The notes under the pieces are model-generated. The model ran no database searches and was not told the DNA's origin. It worked only from the letters and a program-made list of their open reading frames with translations. From the NCBI GenBank assembly GCA_030704615.1, contig CM060732.1, positions 3,906,001-3,970,000 of the forward strand: a DNA stretch of 64,000 nucleotides, written 5' to 3'. Position numbers and translations under genes: made by a program. Below, piece by piece: positions 37,762-51,315 of this stretch (its first letter is position 1; each line of letters opens with the position of its first letter). The DNA is from Takakia lepidozioides (taxonomy: Eukaryota > Plantae > Bryophyta).

Positions 37762-40700
37762 CTAAATTCTTATGATATTGACCTTTGTCCTGGACTCCAG
37801 AGTCTGACTTCTTCCGTCCAATTGAGTGTCCTTAGATTTTGGTAATACAAAGATCTCTGTGAAGGTGCCTCCAGATATTCCCTTTGCCAGGTGGCCTGGA
37901 TTTATGCAGATGGAGCTCACCATGGTCGATGTGCCATTAATGTGTGACTGTGGCTTGTCAGCTAGGTCCTCGGGGCATTCTGTTTTGCTTCCCAATGGCA
38001 GCGACAGGACCTGCATATAATGTCACGTGGATGTGTTAGATCTCACTGTAACTTGGTCCTTTATCTTGGCAAGTAGTATATTAATACATCTCTCTATCTC
38101 TCTTTCTCAATCCCGTCCATTAAGTTCAAGTGGGCTGAAGGAGAGGCTAATGACTTCATAATACCATTGTGATTTCTCTTCTACCTGTCTGTTTACCCAC
38201 TTTCCCTCAGCCGTTTTCAAACCTGAAGTAGGCATGGGCACATGGTAGGAAAGAGCAAACCTTCACAAAGGGAGCCAGATTGGAGGGCAGCAGCAGCAAG
38301 TCCAGTGTACAAGGTATGTCCAATGAGCCTGGTGCCAGTGAAAGATCTAGCATCACACCCTGTGCTGCTGGAAATAGTGGATAGAAGCTGCAGCCATGCA
38401 GCCACGCTCAGTTCAGTACAGATGGATAGTTGTTCAGTGATCACACTAAATGTCTAGAGATAATTAGACCCATGGCAGAAAGGTCTCTCCTGCAAAACCA
38501 AATCGTAGACTGGCCTAAATGAAGTGTCCACAAGCTGTCATGAACCTCAAATATAGAACACAGAACATACAGAGGTCATGACAACAGTGAAGTTCCCGCT
38601 ATTCCGAAAGGGATAAGGAAACTGAGGGAGATCAGAAAGCCACAGTTTTAATGAAATGGTTAGGATTGAGATAAGATGGTGGGAATGGGAAGACACAGTA
38701 CCTACGTTGTGCAACGAGATGGGAAGCAAGCCTGGTCATTCGATCGCTGACAACCCCAGGGGGCACGCGTGATGCCTCTTCACTGCTTAAATGCCGTAGT
38801 ACATCCACAGTGCAGCACCCCACTGTTACCTGCACCCATCACACAAACACATACCTCTACAAGTAAAATTCATTTCTTTTTTAACACAAAGGTGAAGGCA
38901 AGCCCCCAGTACCATTTCATTTCATTTCAGTCCTTGTGGGAGCCTATATCGGCACTCACTGTCTCTGGTACCTTCAAAAATGGCACAAGGTCTGCAGACC
39001 ACTCTGCAAGCACCCTCAATAGATCCTCTCTCATTTCATTTCTGTCATTTCTTTCAAATGAACACAATTGGCTCTGGGAGGGTTAGTCTCTTGGTGGGCC
39101 TACCTCTCAAGGGTACGTAGTGGCCAATATTTGCAGGAAAGCATCAATGAGTAGATTCTCGTCCTTGTCTCAGTGACCTTTTTCTGAGTCTGGCCTTAGA
39201 GTTCTACGGTGCCAATTGACTGAAGCCTCTGTAAATGTATGTGCATGCAGCTGCTGTTTCTGAGAATCATATGGAAGTCAAAACTCTGCAGTTTCTTACA
39301 ACACTTAACCTGCTGTTGAAAGTACATATACATGCAGTTACCTCATTACACTTGAATATTCCTGGGTTTGCAAGCAACATAATCTGCAAGGTTAAAAAGG
39401 TAGGTTAGAATTCATGCCTTACTAGAGAGCAAGAAAAAGGTCCACCGCAGCAATAAGCCTCGACTTGTTGGAAAGATTGTACTCATAAGACGTTGTTTGC
39501 CGTAGCCTTGTGGCCATTGACCCCGTGCCCAGTTTGAGCGGGAACAAAAGGGACAGAACCTACCTCTGTCAGGGGCTGACGTTGGTAGTAAGACTTACCT
39601 CCATATAAAGAATTAATCCGGGTTTTCCAGATATCCTCTAGAAATCCCTTCACACAAGCATCAATCTGCTGTGTGTGATTTGCCCAAAAACTAGGCCTCA
39701 GGAGGGCCTGGGCTTTTGGCTCAGCCTCGAGACTTTCAAAGTTGGTAAACAGGGGTACAGGCACAATTCCCTTAATAGATTTGAAGAGAGCGTCTCTTTG
39801 GTGAGAGAACCCCGGACAGTGTATCAGAAAATGAATACTGTCTTCAGATTGCCCACAACGGCAATTGCACTCTCCCTTTCCTCTCTGCTTCTGTTTGCTG
39901 TTCAAAGATAGGCTTCCTGCCCTGAGTTTAAATTTCAGTCTAGTGCCGAGAGTGGGTAGACCCTTGAGGTCATCCAAGATGTCCTCCCCCATGTCACAGA
40001 CTGGAAACAAGTTCAGGGAAGTTTTCTGCCTAACTTCATTTTCATCAGACAATCTCATGGCAACAGACATGGCTGAGGACACTACAGCCTCTAAGTCAGA
40101 TTTATCCAGCAGGGTCAAGACTTGCAGATCCAGGTCCAGGTCCTTGAGGATCTCTTCTACTCTCTTCTGCCAGGACTTAGCCCTGTTTGACAGGGCGGTC
40201 CTGTTTCCAAGATATAGAGTCGATTAACTTGGGATATCTGGTGTTGGGCATATGTTGCAGCTGACCCCACCATCTAACCTTGAATTCATCTCGTCGGGAG
40301 CTTCAGGACGGAATGCCCAACTCACCCCGAACAGCCACATTGGCTGTTTTGGAGCATGCTGACATACACTCCTTAAGCACCCCCACTTGAATGGATTCTA
40401 GAGACTTAGCCTGGTTGGAGTTATCAACCCATATAGCAGATCCGTACTCCAAGGCAGGTCTAATAACGCGACAAAGCATGGTTTTCTTAACCTCAGAGTT
40501 GACCCCTCTGCAGTGGAAAAATTTAGTGAGCCCCAGAGCTTTGCCCTTGCCAGTTTGAACAACTTTCCGGATATGTGCATCCCAATTACAATTGGAGGAG
40601 AACTCAACGCCCAGGTAAGTGTAGGAAGGGAGGACCGGGATCTCTTGGCTACCCCACTGCCACTTAAGATCACTTCCTCCTCTCCTCTGTCGTTGAATGT

Positions 40701-43700
40701 TACCACTGCACATTTGCTGACATTAGCCTCTAGCCCCCAAAGATCAAAGTATCTCTTCGCGCAATCAATCAACTCTGGAGATTGGTTGGAGTCTCCCCTA
40801 TGCCTGCGAAGTCATCCGCAAACATAAGGGCTGGCATGGTGGTATCACCCACCCTTAACCCAAATCCCTCACTTTCCACATCCTCGAGGAGTTGATTGAT
40901 GAAAACATTGAAGAGCAGAGGGAGAGAGTACATCCTTGAGCTACACCTTGGTCTATGTCAAAGAAGTTGGACTTCTGTCCGTTAACAGTGACACAGCTTT
41001 TGGTGTGAGCATACAAGTTGTGGACAACTCTCCACATCTTTCCCTTGATCCCACAAGACCAGAGGCGGAACCATAGGCCATCTCTCCACACTGTGTCATA
41101 AGCCTTTTCCTGTTTCGCCGAAAGCCAGCTTGGCCTTCGTGGAAACAACCTCTAGACTCCAGATCAACCTCGAGACGAGTACTTATAACTCTGCAGAATG
41201 TCTTGCCAACAGCATTGAGGAGCGTGATGCCACGGTAGTTCCCCGGTTCTTCTCTGTCACCCTTCTTGTATAGATTGACAATGACCCCCTGTCGCCAGCG
41301 AAAGGGGATCATTTCAGTCTTCCAGATAAGGTTAAAGAGGAGAACTAGGGCCTCTATCATGGGATCGCCACCATGCTTGATAAGCTCGTTTACAATACCA
41401 TCAGGTCCACCAGCTTTATATCCATTTAAATGTTCAATTGCTTCCACAATCTCAGAAGAACTAATGGGAGCATTATAAGCCATTGAAATATACTCCAGTT
41501 CATCAGGGCTGTTTTGAATCATAGGAACAGTTTTTCCAACTGTGTCCCTCCATTCAGCAGAAAGACCCCTCACTGTTAGACCTAGAAGTTCTGCCAAGGA
41601 TACTATAGTGAGTTTCAAAGGTTTTGACAATGTCAACCGATGAAGTCACCACTGCACCTTTAGTAGTCTTCAGCGCTTGTACTTGCTGACCGTTTTTCGG
41701 CTTGTACAAACGTTGAAGGGCCAACCAGAATTTCTTGTCATTACCACCATGGTGGTTTGAGTTTATTTCACTGTATAACTTGTCCCAGTATAATTTCTTC
41801 TGAGACCTAACAAGCTGATTGATATCTTTACGGAGCTGGTAGTACCTCGCCCACAATTCTCTGTTGGTTTCCAAATTGCAGCATTCTTTATAGAGGGCTC
41901 TCCTCTCAGCTATCTTGAGTTTAATCTCATTAGTCCACCAATTAACTGCTCTACCGCAGACAATTAGTTTCCTCCCAATGATCTTGTCAGCCACGGAGGA
42001 AACGAAACTCTCCCAAGAGTCCACTGCTCTTTCGACTTCATTTCTTGCGTTAACAGAGCGTGACTGAAGTTCTTGGAGCGATTGGACAAAATGAGGGAGA
42101 GCCACTTGCAAGGCCTGGACGTACTCAGCCTTGACCTCCTCATTGTGGAATTTTTCTATGCGCCACTTCCGAATCGAACGTTTCACAGATCTCTTGGAAA
42201 GAGATCCTTGTTGGAAAGAGTGAGCTAATGTGGAGGAGTGAGTGCTAGACATTACAACAATCTGAGAGAGACTAAAGCTGCACAAGGGGCACATCGATGG
42301 ATATGAAATTCATCAGGATGATAAGATGCCCCAAAAGCGTACGGACATCAATGCCAAGGGAAGATGGAAATGAGGGAGCAATGTTCCTGGATGACTTTTG
42401 GATTCATGGATGGATTCACCTTCTGCCGTTGTGTAAGCCCTTACTAGATTATGCCCTAAGATCTTGAACCAAGTAAAACCCATAAATGACGATTTCAAGC
42501 CCCAAGCAAAGAGTTTCAAAGCTGTCAAAACATGCTAAGAGAAGTTTTTATATGAGGATGAGGGGCAGTTGAGCCAAACATAGGCTTACCTGCCGGTCTG
42601 GATCCTCAAATCCATCTGCATCGAAGGGGGGCTGCAGGCAAAGTTGTTAAGATGAGCTCTCTCACCAGAGAGACTGGAAGCTCAAAGGAACACAACCAGC
42701 AGAGAAACAATAAATCTTCTCCCATTCAACCAGCAATCTGAGTAGCTCTATTCCACAACTCATAAGTGCTTTGTTGCTACTTTTAAAAACAACCATGTTC
42801 TCATACATACATAAGGTCAGAGAGGTGAACAGTGAGCTGGTCTAGCTGTTGGAAGGATCTTTGTGTACATATTGCCAAAGAAGAGAAAGAAGGCAATGTA
42901 GGCTTGCTCATACCTGTGGAAAAACAAAATCATGATGTGCATCATGGGGGGAAGGAACCAGCACAACCCTGGCACCATCCCCCATCTCTTCGCAATACTC
43001 TTCTACCTGTACATAAAGTCCAATGGATGAATGCATGGACTTTTGCCACAAACACATGGTGCTCACAGCATGGTGCAAGAATTTAGGAAGAAATGTTGAG
43101 CATTTGTAGATTTCCATTATTACAAAAGAACCAGTTTGGGAGTCGGGAGTTAAAAACACAAAATGGTCAGCATGAGAAATTCCAAGATGGTCCATTCTTC
43201 ACTCCATGGCTTACTCCTCAAGAGCCAAGGGAGCCAGTATGAAGGCCTTTAAAGATAAAACGTATTGTGATTGCAAAATGTGTCACAACGAAACCACACT
43301 AAATTTGAATCAATCCAGAGGACCAAGATTGAGAGAAGTTTGTGGCACTTAGACTATGGTGGTGCTCACTCTTGCCCTGAGTTCCTCTTGAAAAATGTGC
43401 AAGAAGGACTTGTCGACACTGCCCTGCTTGATTTTTGGATGCTCTGAGTCCACAAAAGGGCCCATCTGTATAACACCAATCGAACTTCGATAAAACAAAT
43501 CCCTTTTTTCTTGCTTCTCTACAGCAACTTTTCGTAACCAAAACAATCTGTAATTGAGATGTGATATCCATCAACTAATTTGGGAATGGAACAGGAGCAA
43601 TACCAGCAAAAGGAGGTTTGGGCGTTTCTTTCTTGCATAAGCTAGAAGCTCCAACAATGGCTCATATGCCATATTATCATTGGTTGTAAACGGGCCTGCT

Positions 43701-46700
43701 GCTGTCACCTGTTTTGCAAAGATCAGGAGAGGCATGGTAAAGGATGTACGGTTCCTTGGGGATGTCCATGCCAGTTTGCAAATATTGCTGGAGAAAAGTA
43801 AAGATACAAGATTTTCATTGGTTGAGAATATTCTGCAGATTCTCATTTTCAACTACCTATTGTGCACCAGATTTCCAAAACATAGAAAAAGAATTACATG
43901 AAGATTTTGCTGGGTAGCTGCACCAAATTGGGCAGCCTTCTGTTCTATTACCATCCTAACTCCGAAAAGATTTTTTGTTCCAGAGCAGTAAGAAAGACTC
44001 CTGCACATACTATATAGGCAGGAAGAGAGAAGAGAGTGAGTTGATAGTGAAAGGAGAATAGAGATTCATGAGCACTGGTATACAGAATTAGAAAATTAGA
44101 CTCTGCTTGGTATCACCATAAGACCACGCCTGGGTGGACTACAATATAGAGAGACCAAGTACAGATGGAGACAGAGTAGGGTGCACAATTTTCAACAGAA
44201 GAAAAGTAACCATAAGCTAAGGTGCCGCAAAGGGTCACAAGAAACTACTCACAATATATATTGGATGCATTTCAGATTCCAGAGTGACTTTTAAGGGGGA
44301 GTCCATAGCTTGCCGCTTTGCTGGGGGTCCCTCTTCATCCAGAAAATTGGAGGACAAGGGGAGAGGGATCGAATCAAGAATGCGTGAAGCCACCAGGCAG
44401 TGTCCACTAGGGTTCTGTCCTTCCACCCCTAATATCTAGATCCACAAGGCAGCACATATTCTGGACCACATCAGTAGATAAAGTACAGACATGCAGTTTT
44501 GGTAAAGCATCTGTCCTGTAGATAAGCTCTGAAACCTGGTTGCAAACCAACCAACCAGCCAGCAAAGTTTTGCTTTCAGAAATTGCATACTAAAATTGAT
44601 CCATGGAGAATATCGTCTCATGGAGCAAAGATGAAAACATGGAAAGTCCCAGGGAATTGAGCTTAGAGCTACACTCAAATAGGATGTTATCAGTTCAAAC
44701 CATTTCCATGAAATCTTGGAGCATTAGTGCATAATTACCCCAGGTCAAAAGGTAGGATAACTCTCCTACACACCTCTGGCAAAGCAGAAATGCAACCCTT
44801 CAACAAGAGCTCTGAAGAAATCAACTAGGACATTCACCTGGCCAGGGAAAAGAGAGAACTGGGGCATATTGTGAAGATCCAGACGCACTTTCTGTCCACC
44901 CGAGTGTTCAACACTATACACACAGATCCCACCATGCATTCAGTTAGAACAGACAGACAGGCAGAAGCATGGGCTTGGAAAAAGGCCTCATTTTCACGAT
45001 GAAACTGTTGGCATCTTTCTCGAGTTTTCTTGGGCGGTCTTAGTAGATATGGTGTTAACTGATTAAGTGTCCCATTTACTGCAATCGCAGCACCACAAAT
45101 TTTACAACTTGTGGCAAAGACAGATGTTATAAAGTTTCTTTTGTTTCCTTTCTTTCCCATATATCGGGGCATCACGCTCCTTAATGCGGTTGGCAAGATA
45201 TTCTGCAGAGTTATAAGTACTCGTCTCGAGGTTGATCTGGAGTCCAGAGGTTGTTTCCATGAAGGCCAAGCTGGCTTTCGGCGAAACAGGGGCTGCGTGG
45301 ATCATATCTTCACACTCAGCCAGATTATCCAGGGAAGGAAAAAAGAAGGGAAACCTACTTTTGTCTTTTTCCTGGATGTCAAAAAGGCCTATGACACTGT
45401 GTGGAGAGACGGTCTATGGCTCCGACTCTGGTCTTCCGGGATCAAGGGAAAGATGTGGAGAGTGGTCCATAACTTGTATGCTCACACTAAAAGCTGTGTC
45501 ACTGTTAATGGACAGAAGTCTAATTTCCTTGACATAGACCAAGGTGTAGCTCAAGGATGTACCCTCTCCCCTCTGCTCTTGAATGTTTTCATCAATCAGC
45601 TACTGGAGGATGTGGAAAGTGAGGGATTTGGGTTAAGGGTGGGTGATGCCCAGCCCTTATGTTTGCGGATGACTTCGCAGGCATAGGGGAGACTCCTTCC
45701 AACCTCCAGGGGCTGATAGATTGCGCAAAGAGATACTTTGATCTTTGGGGGCTAGAGGCCAATGTCAGTAAATGCACAGTGGTGGCATTCAACGACCGGG
45801 GGGAAGGAGGAGGCGACCTCAAGTGGCAGTGGGGAAGCCAAGAGATCCCTGTTCTCCCCTCCTACACCTATCTTGGCGTTGAGTTTTCCTCCAACTGTAA
45901 TTGGGAAGCACATATTCAAAGAGTGGTTCAATCTGGCAAACGCAAAGCGCTGGGTCTCACTAAATTTTTCCACTGCAGAGGGATCAACTCTGAAGTAAGA
46001 AAAAACCATGCTTTGCCGCGTTATCAGGCCGGCCTTGGAGTATGCATCTGCTGTATAGGTTGATAACTCCAACCAGGCTAAGTCTCTTGAATCCATCCAA
46101 GTCGGGGTGCTCAAGGAGTGCATGTCAGCATGCTCCAAAACAGCTAATGTGGCTGTTCGGGGTGGGTTTGGCATTCCTCCCTTAAGCTCCCGACACGATG
46201 AATTCAAAATCAGATGGTGGGGTCAGCTGCAACGTATGGCTAATACCAGATATCCTAAGTTAATCGACTCTATATCTTGGAAGCAGGACCGCCCTGTCAA
46301 ACAGGCTAAATCCTGGCGGAAGAGGGTAGAAGAGATTTTCAAGGATCTGAATCTTAGTCCACTAGCCATGACCCTGCTGGATAAATCTGGCTTAGAAGCT
46401 GAAGTTTCCAAAGCCATGTCTATTGCCAGGAAATTGTCTGAAGAAAATGAAGTTAGGCAGAAAACTTCCCTGAACCTGTTTCCAGTCTGTGACAAAGGTG
46501 AGGCCATCATGGATGACCTCAAGGGTCTACCCACCCTCGGCACTAGACTGAAATTCAAACTCAGGGCGGGTAGCCTACCTTTGAACAACAAACAGTCGCA
46601 GAGAGGAAAGGGGGATTGTAAGTGCCCGTTGTGTGGGCAACCTGAAGACAATTCACTTCCTTCCTGATTCATTGTCCTGGGTACTCTCACCAACGGGACA

Positions 46701-49700
46701 CCCTCTTCAATTCCATCAAGGAAATTGTGCCTGCACCTCTGTTTAACAACTTTGAAAATCTTGAGGGTGAGCCAAAAGCCCAGGCCCTTTAGGGGTCTAG
46801 CTATTGGGCAAATCACACACATCAGATTGATGCTTGTCTGAAGGGATTTCTGGAGGATATCTGGAAATCTCGGATCAACTGTTTATTCTTAGGTAAATCA
46901 TACTACCGGCATCAGCCCCTGACAAAGGTAGTTTCTGTCCCTTTATGTTCCGCTCAAATTGGGCGCGGGGTCAATGGCCACAAGGCTACGGCAAACAATG
47001 CCTTATGAGTACATTCTTTCCCATATATCAACGCCCTACCATTCTTAGACGAGTCACTTGATAGAGGCAGCAGGTGGCCTACTGCAATCTGACAGCCATA
47101 TTTGAGCCACATACTGAGCCTCACCTTGACCAAACCTTCCCTTGCCCGTAGGGTTTGGCTTGTAGCCCCTCTTATGTTCATGGAGGGTTGCCATTATAGG
47201 ATACAATAAACCACAAAGATATCAAGTCAGCTAGCATTACATCACTGGTACCAACCTGCCTTCAAGAATCACAGACTTGTCATTGAGTCGGCCTTCTCCT
47301 TCACAGCAAACCCTCCCCACCACGATCACCCTTTCCTGTGTGAGCCCACCTTCATATAATCAGCATTTGAGAACTTGTTCTTTGCTGAAGCTGTAAGGAA
47401 TGATGGTAGATCGGGGATGCCTTTTGAAAGTGCATACATGGCTGGGAGTGTGTGTGATCGGGCCAAGCACAGTAGACACAAAAAAGATAGTGGCTTGACT
47501 GCTCACCTGAGAGGCCACAGCCACGTGGTTGGACACACTACATTGCTCTCTCTCAGCAAGAGCACTGGCAAATTTTTGGATCCGCCTTTCGAGTGCATTA
47601 AACTGAAATCATCGTAGCCACAGCACTAACTTGTGTCAGGTTCAATGCTTATGAAGTCTGATGGGGAATGCACAGGTCCCCTACAGAGATCGACAATTGG
47701 TTAGAGGCATCCAAAAAGGGTCCGTGGAATCCGACATGTACAGTGAATGAAGTGTGAAGTGTAACTGTGTGTGCTTGCATGTGAGTTCTAGCTACTGATG
47801 AGAGGAAAGACTTCTCCCTGCCAGAGATTCTGTAAACCTGATGACGTATATGACATGCATCCAGCACCAGAGAAAATAGAAGAAATCAAGGCAATCACAA
47901 CCTTTATAGACTGCAATCACCATTCTGGATACTGCAGGCAGGCAGCAACATGTAGGCCCACAGTAATTAGATTTTAGACGAGGGATGAACAAATGAAAAT
48001 TAATGCCTCTTTATGAGTTCCCTATAAGCAACCACACTCAAAGTCTATCTTCTGACCTGCCAGCAAGCAATCACATGGACATTGGAGGTTCTTTTGAGAG
48101 CAAACAAGCTGAAATGTGGGTAACTCATGAACTGTTTGCCTCCCAGGTGTAGTATAGGGTGGTGCAGTCAAACACTTCAACAACCACTCATTCACGAGAA
48201 AAAGTGGGAATGGAAGAGAAGGAGTTTGTCATTGCAGTCTCTAACCAGAGGCTGTCAGACCTTACCCTGTCTTCTATTCGATCGAACATATAGCGGCAGC
48301 CAGGCTTAGGCCAGGTACCCATGACCTCCACCTGGCATGGCTGGATTGGCCGTAGTCTCCTCACAACATCATCCTCGGATATAGCAGTGGAACTCCCCTC
48401 AGTAAGCCCCTCCAAGAGATGATCATTGAAAGCAGATTGGACAGTGCAGTTGGTTGACCGCCGGCAAAAAGGGGTGATAGGGGTATTTGGAATTGAAGCA
48501 TCTGCAGGGGAATTAGCTGAGAGACCAGGGGTCTTTGTGGCGACCAGCGCGGCTCCAGGATCAACATCTGCTGTGGCTTCCCGGTAGATGGCTGTAGTAC
48601 TTCTGCTCTTGGTTGCTGGAACTGCATGAGGAGTCCCCTGTAGTGGTTTCTCTTCCCATTCTCTCTCCTCCTCTTGATCTAGTAGCCTGGCTTCATGAAG
48701 TGAACAGGAAATCTTGTTAACTGCAGCTATTGGGGAACCATATAATTTCTTGTTCATGATGTTATACTTTGAACAGATTCATCGTCAGGCAATTTCAGTG
48801 AGCACTGCATTAAAATTCACCAATTTCCAATTGCCTGGGATGTCGCGGAGAGGAGAAAGCATGTTATTTCAACTTGAAGAGCCAGGGAACGCTGGAGACA
48901 CGGAGAGATAGAGACAGCATGGACCCCAACAGGGCCAGGGCTTGAGATTTCAGCCTCAAGGTTTTGAAGTTGGTGAACAGAGGTGCAGGGACTAAGTTCT
49001 TGAGGGTCCTGAAGGGTCGTTCTCTGATGAGAATACCCTAGTTATTGTATCAGAAAACTTTAGGCCACCTACACATAGGGCATTGACAATCTCCCTTTCC
49101 TCTCTGCCTCTGTTATTGCTCAAAAGGTCGATTCCCCGACCTGAGTTAAAATTCCAGTCTTGCCGAGGGTAGGTAGGCGCATCAGATCATCCTCAAGGTG
49201 ATCAATCTCAAAAACTGGAAAGAAGTTCAGGGACGTTTTACACCTAACTTCGTTAGAAAGAGATAGATAGAGACAATGTACAGAAGACGTTTGCGGAGCC
49301 TTGCCATAGACCCCGCGCCCAGTTTGGGCGGAACGAGAGAGGGACACACACACACACAAGGCTCACAATACCAAGCAAATAAATATTTAAATATTTGACG
49401 CCTCCCCAAGGAAGCCTAAATTATGGTGTCTCTTCACCCCGAAGGGTTACTGCCTTCCGCTAGAAAGGTGGACACCTTGTGACACCAAGGGTGGATTGAA
49501 CCCACAACCACTTCCGAGGTGGTATGTGCCCATTACCAAGCACATTAAAGAAGAAAGTCGAAATACATCGGGAGAGCTTACATGTCAATATCATCTTTGG
49601 TGTAGAAGTGCAAACCAGTCTGCTTTCTCCGAAACTCTTCTCTTTTTTCTTTCTCCAGAAATTGACGGAAGCTATCCAAGCGTGCACTTAGTACCTTCCC

Positions 49701-50568
49701 TCCATCATCCAGTTGGCTGCACTATCACCCAACAAGTTAAATCTCCACTTCTGTTGGTGCATAGGAGCATTGAAAAAGAGAACAATACACAATCAAGGCA
49801 CTTCAATGATGGCAAACAGGCTGAGCTATTTCCGCAATCTTCCCTCCGATGTCGTTATCCTCAGTGCATACTTGGAGAAAATTTACACGTAGGCTGCAAG
49901 ATGGTCTAGCCTCATTGGTTGACATCATAGATTTCTCCGGTCTGGGCTGGATGATGGTTGCGCGCGAAGTGTCCTTGGTTAGAGTAGATGTTACCTATTG
50001 AGGTAGAAGATCTCCCAGCTGGACACCAATTCGTCAGGATTCATCTCAAAGCTGGCACAAATCGACGCACCTGGCCTCTCACACAAGTGGCAAGTTCAAG
50101 TGTCACCGACAGAGGATGGAACTGATGAGAAGAATATGTTTAGAAATTGAACTGATGTAGCCATGAGACAGACTTATCGTAAGCATACTTTGTCTCACAA
50201 TCTCCCGTGGATAGCCGGCAACTAGCTCACACAACTCTTTCTTGGACTTTCCAAATCTCTGGTTTGCAAAAGTCTGCCACAAACATCGAGATTGTACCAT
50301 ACATCAATTATGGCCTCCGCGGGGGAATTCAGCAGGCATGCAGACATCAATGCCTGAATATAAGTCGAAAATTCGGGCTCAAAAAGACTCTCCAGTGAAT
50401 AGAACTACATCATACAATGAAGCCCCTACAGCACTATTATACTTTTTGACAGATTGCACAATACAGGAGAGCACAACCAGGGTGGAGAGCAGTACATTTC
50501 TGCGCGGTTTCGTCATCCTCAACAGTGAAGTTGTTCTCGGAAAACTCCTGACACAATCCCTCCTCCAT
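37762..50568 (-). CDS. POLA2: DNA polymerase alpha subunit B. Exons: 50496-50568, 49995-50070, 49582-49716, 48266-48686, 47507-47602, 47256-47335, 44838-44913, 44253-44435, 43604-43708, 43370-43465, 42914-43006, 42590-42631, 39342-39383, 38702-38829, 38261-38387, 37762-38010
   Basis: All introns are GT-AG with consistent phases; total 2022 nt (673 aa plus stop). Motifs: ELVSSWEIFYLN, CRYMFDRIEDRFNALE, VGRVCCEGEGRLNDKSVILEGS, FSLFPGQILGVEGQNPSG, AAGPFTT, GPFVDSEHP, HHDFVFPQPPF, RSFYPLFP, CINPGHLAKG. Confidence 0.95.
39477..42206 (-). mobile_element. RTE-X-like LINE, 5'-truncated, in a POLA2 intron (copy A)
   Basis: RT motifs KAGGPDGI, NYRGITLL, KAYDTVWR, GVAQGCTLS, FADD, YTYLGV. 13-bp TSD CTTGTTGGAAAGA at 39464-39476 and 42207-42219. 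Confidence 0.9.
45166..47013 (+). mobile_element. RTE-X-like LINE, 5'-truncated, in a POLA2 intron (copy B, opposite orientation)
   Basis: QAGFRRNRGCVDHIFTL, FLDVKKAYDTVWR, MFADD and C-terminal CPLC..H..C. 16-bp TSD TTCTTTCCCATATATC at 45150-45165 and 47014-47029. Confidence 0.92.
49078..49340 (-). mobile_element. Old fragments of the same RTE-X-like family (copy C)
   Basis: AQTGRGVYGKAPQT 3'-end motif with a TCTA-like tail, and an NEVRCKTSLNFFPV..LPTLG segment. Confidence 0.75.
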
Positions 50569-50610
50569 TTCTAGTGCAGACCTCCTTGTTCTGTCACACT
50601 CGTCGACGCG

Positions 50611-50642
<32 letters not shown>

Positions 50643-50793
50643 TGAAATGGAACTTTAGAAAACGTCCGCAGAGAGCTCAAAGAGCTTATGGGACAAAAGA
50701 GAGAGGAACACACGAGAGAGAGAGAGAATGAAATGAAATGGAACTTTAGAAAACGTCCGCAGAGAGCTCGAAGTGCTTATGGGACGAGAGAGA
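50611..50793. repeat. (GA)n tract and roughly 90-bp tandem duplication upstream of POLA2
   Basis: GAGAGAATGAAATGAAATGGAACTTTAGAAAACGTCCGCAGAGAGCTC occurs twice. Confidence 0.85.
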
Positions 50794-50816
50794 CACACGC
50801 ACCGTGGGAGGGGAGT

Positions 50817-50827
50817 TTTGGCGCCAA
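50817..50827. promoter_or_regulatory. E2F-binding site in the POLA2 promoter
   Basis: TTTGGCGC (E2F consensus TTTSSCGC) overlapping the palindrome TTGGCGCCAA, about 250 bp upstream of the ATG of a replication gene. Site II-like TGGGCY motifs lie at about 50993-51043. Confidence 0.6.
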
Positions 50828-51214
50828 GCGGACGAACGCTCCGCTTCGGATGAAAGGACGAATGTGTTGAAGGAGATGAAGTATAAACGCCAGAAAATCA
50901 GTAATTAATTTTAAATGACTTATTATTATTATTATTTTAAGGAACAGGGCGGTGGCTCTCATTTTTTAATAATAGCGTCTTCAATGCCCCTATGGGCCCC
51001 GCCAGTACGGCTGATGGGGTGAGCTCATAAGCCCATAGCCCATTCACCAGGTCGGCCAGATTTTGAAATTTTTCTCAGTCCTTGTTCATCTACCGCGGCG
51101 GACCTTCTGGAGGACTGGGCAGACCCTCACCAACGAGCGGACTGACTCCAACCTTCGAGCGGCATACCCTTCGACAAAATATATATTTAATAACACACAT
51201 TACTGCCAAAGTAC

Positions 51215-51281
51215 AACCTAACTTCGAACACCAAACCTTGCGCTTATTATTCATTGCTCTTAACCACCACACTGCCCGCCA
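51215..51281 (-). other. Degenerate tRNA-like (Pol III A/B box) head
   Basis: Minus strand GGCGGGCAGTGTGGTGGTTAAGAGCA...AAGGTTTGGTGTTCGAAG with A-to-B spacing of 44 nt. Confidence 0.45.
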
Positions 51282-51315
51282 CTTTTTGCGAATCTTTGAA
51301 ATAACTAATGTTTTA

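Noticed and set aside
47507-47620. Intronic C/D-box snoRNA (GATGA...CTGA on the minus strand)
   Set aside because: It is a POLA2 exon (FNALERRIQKFASALAE...) with its acceptor site.
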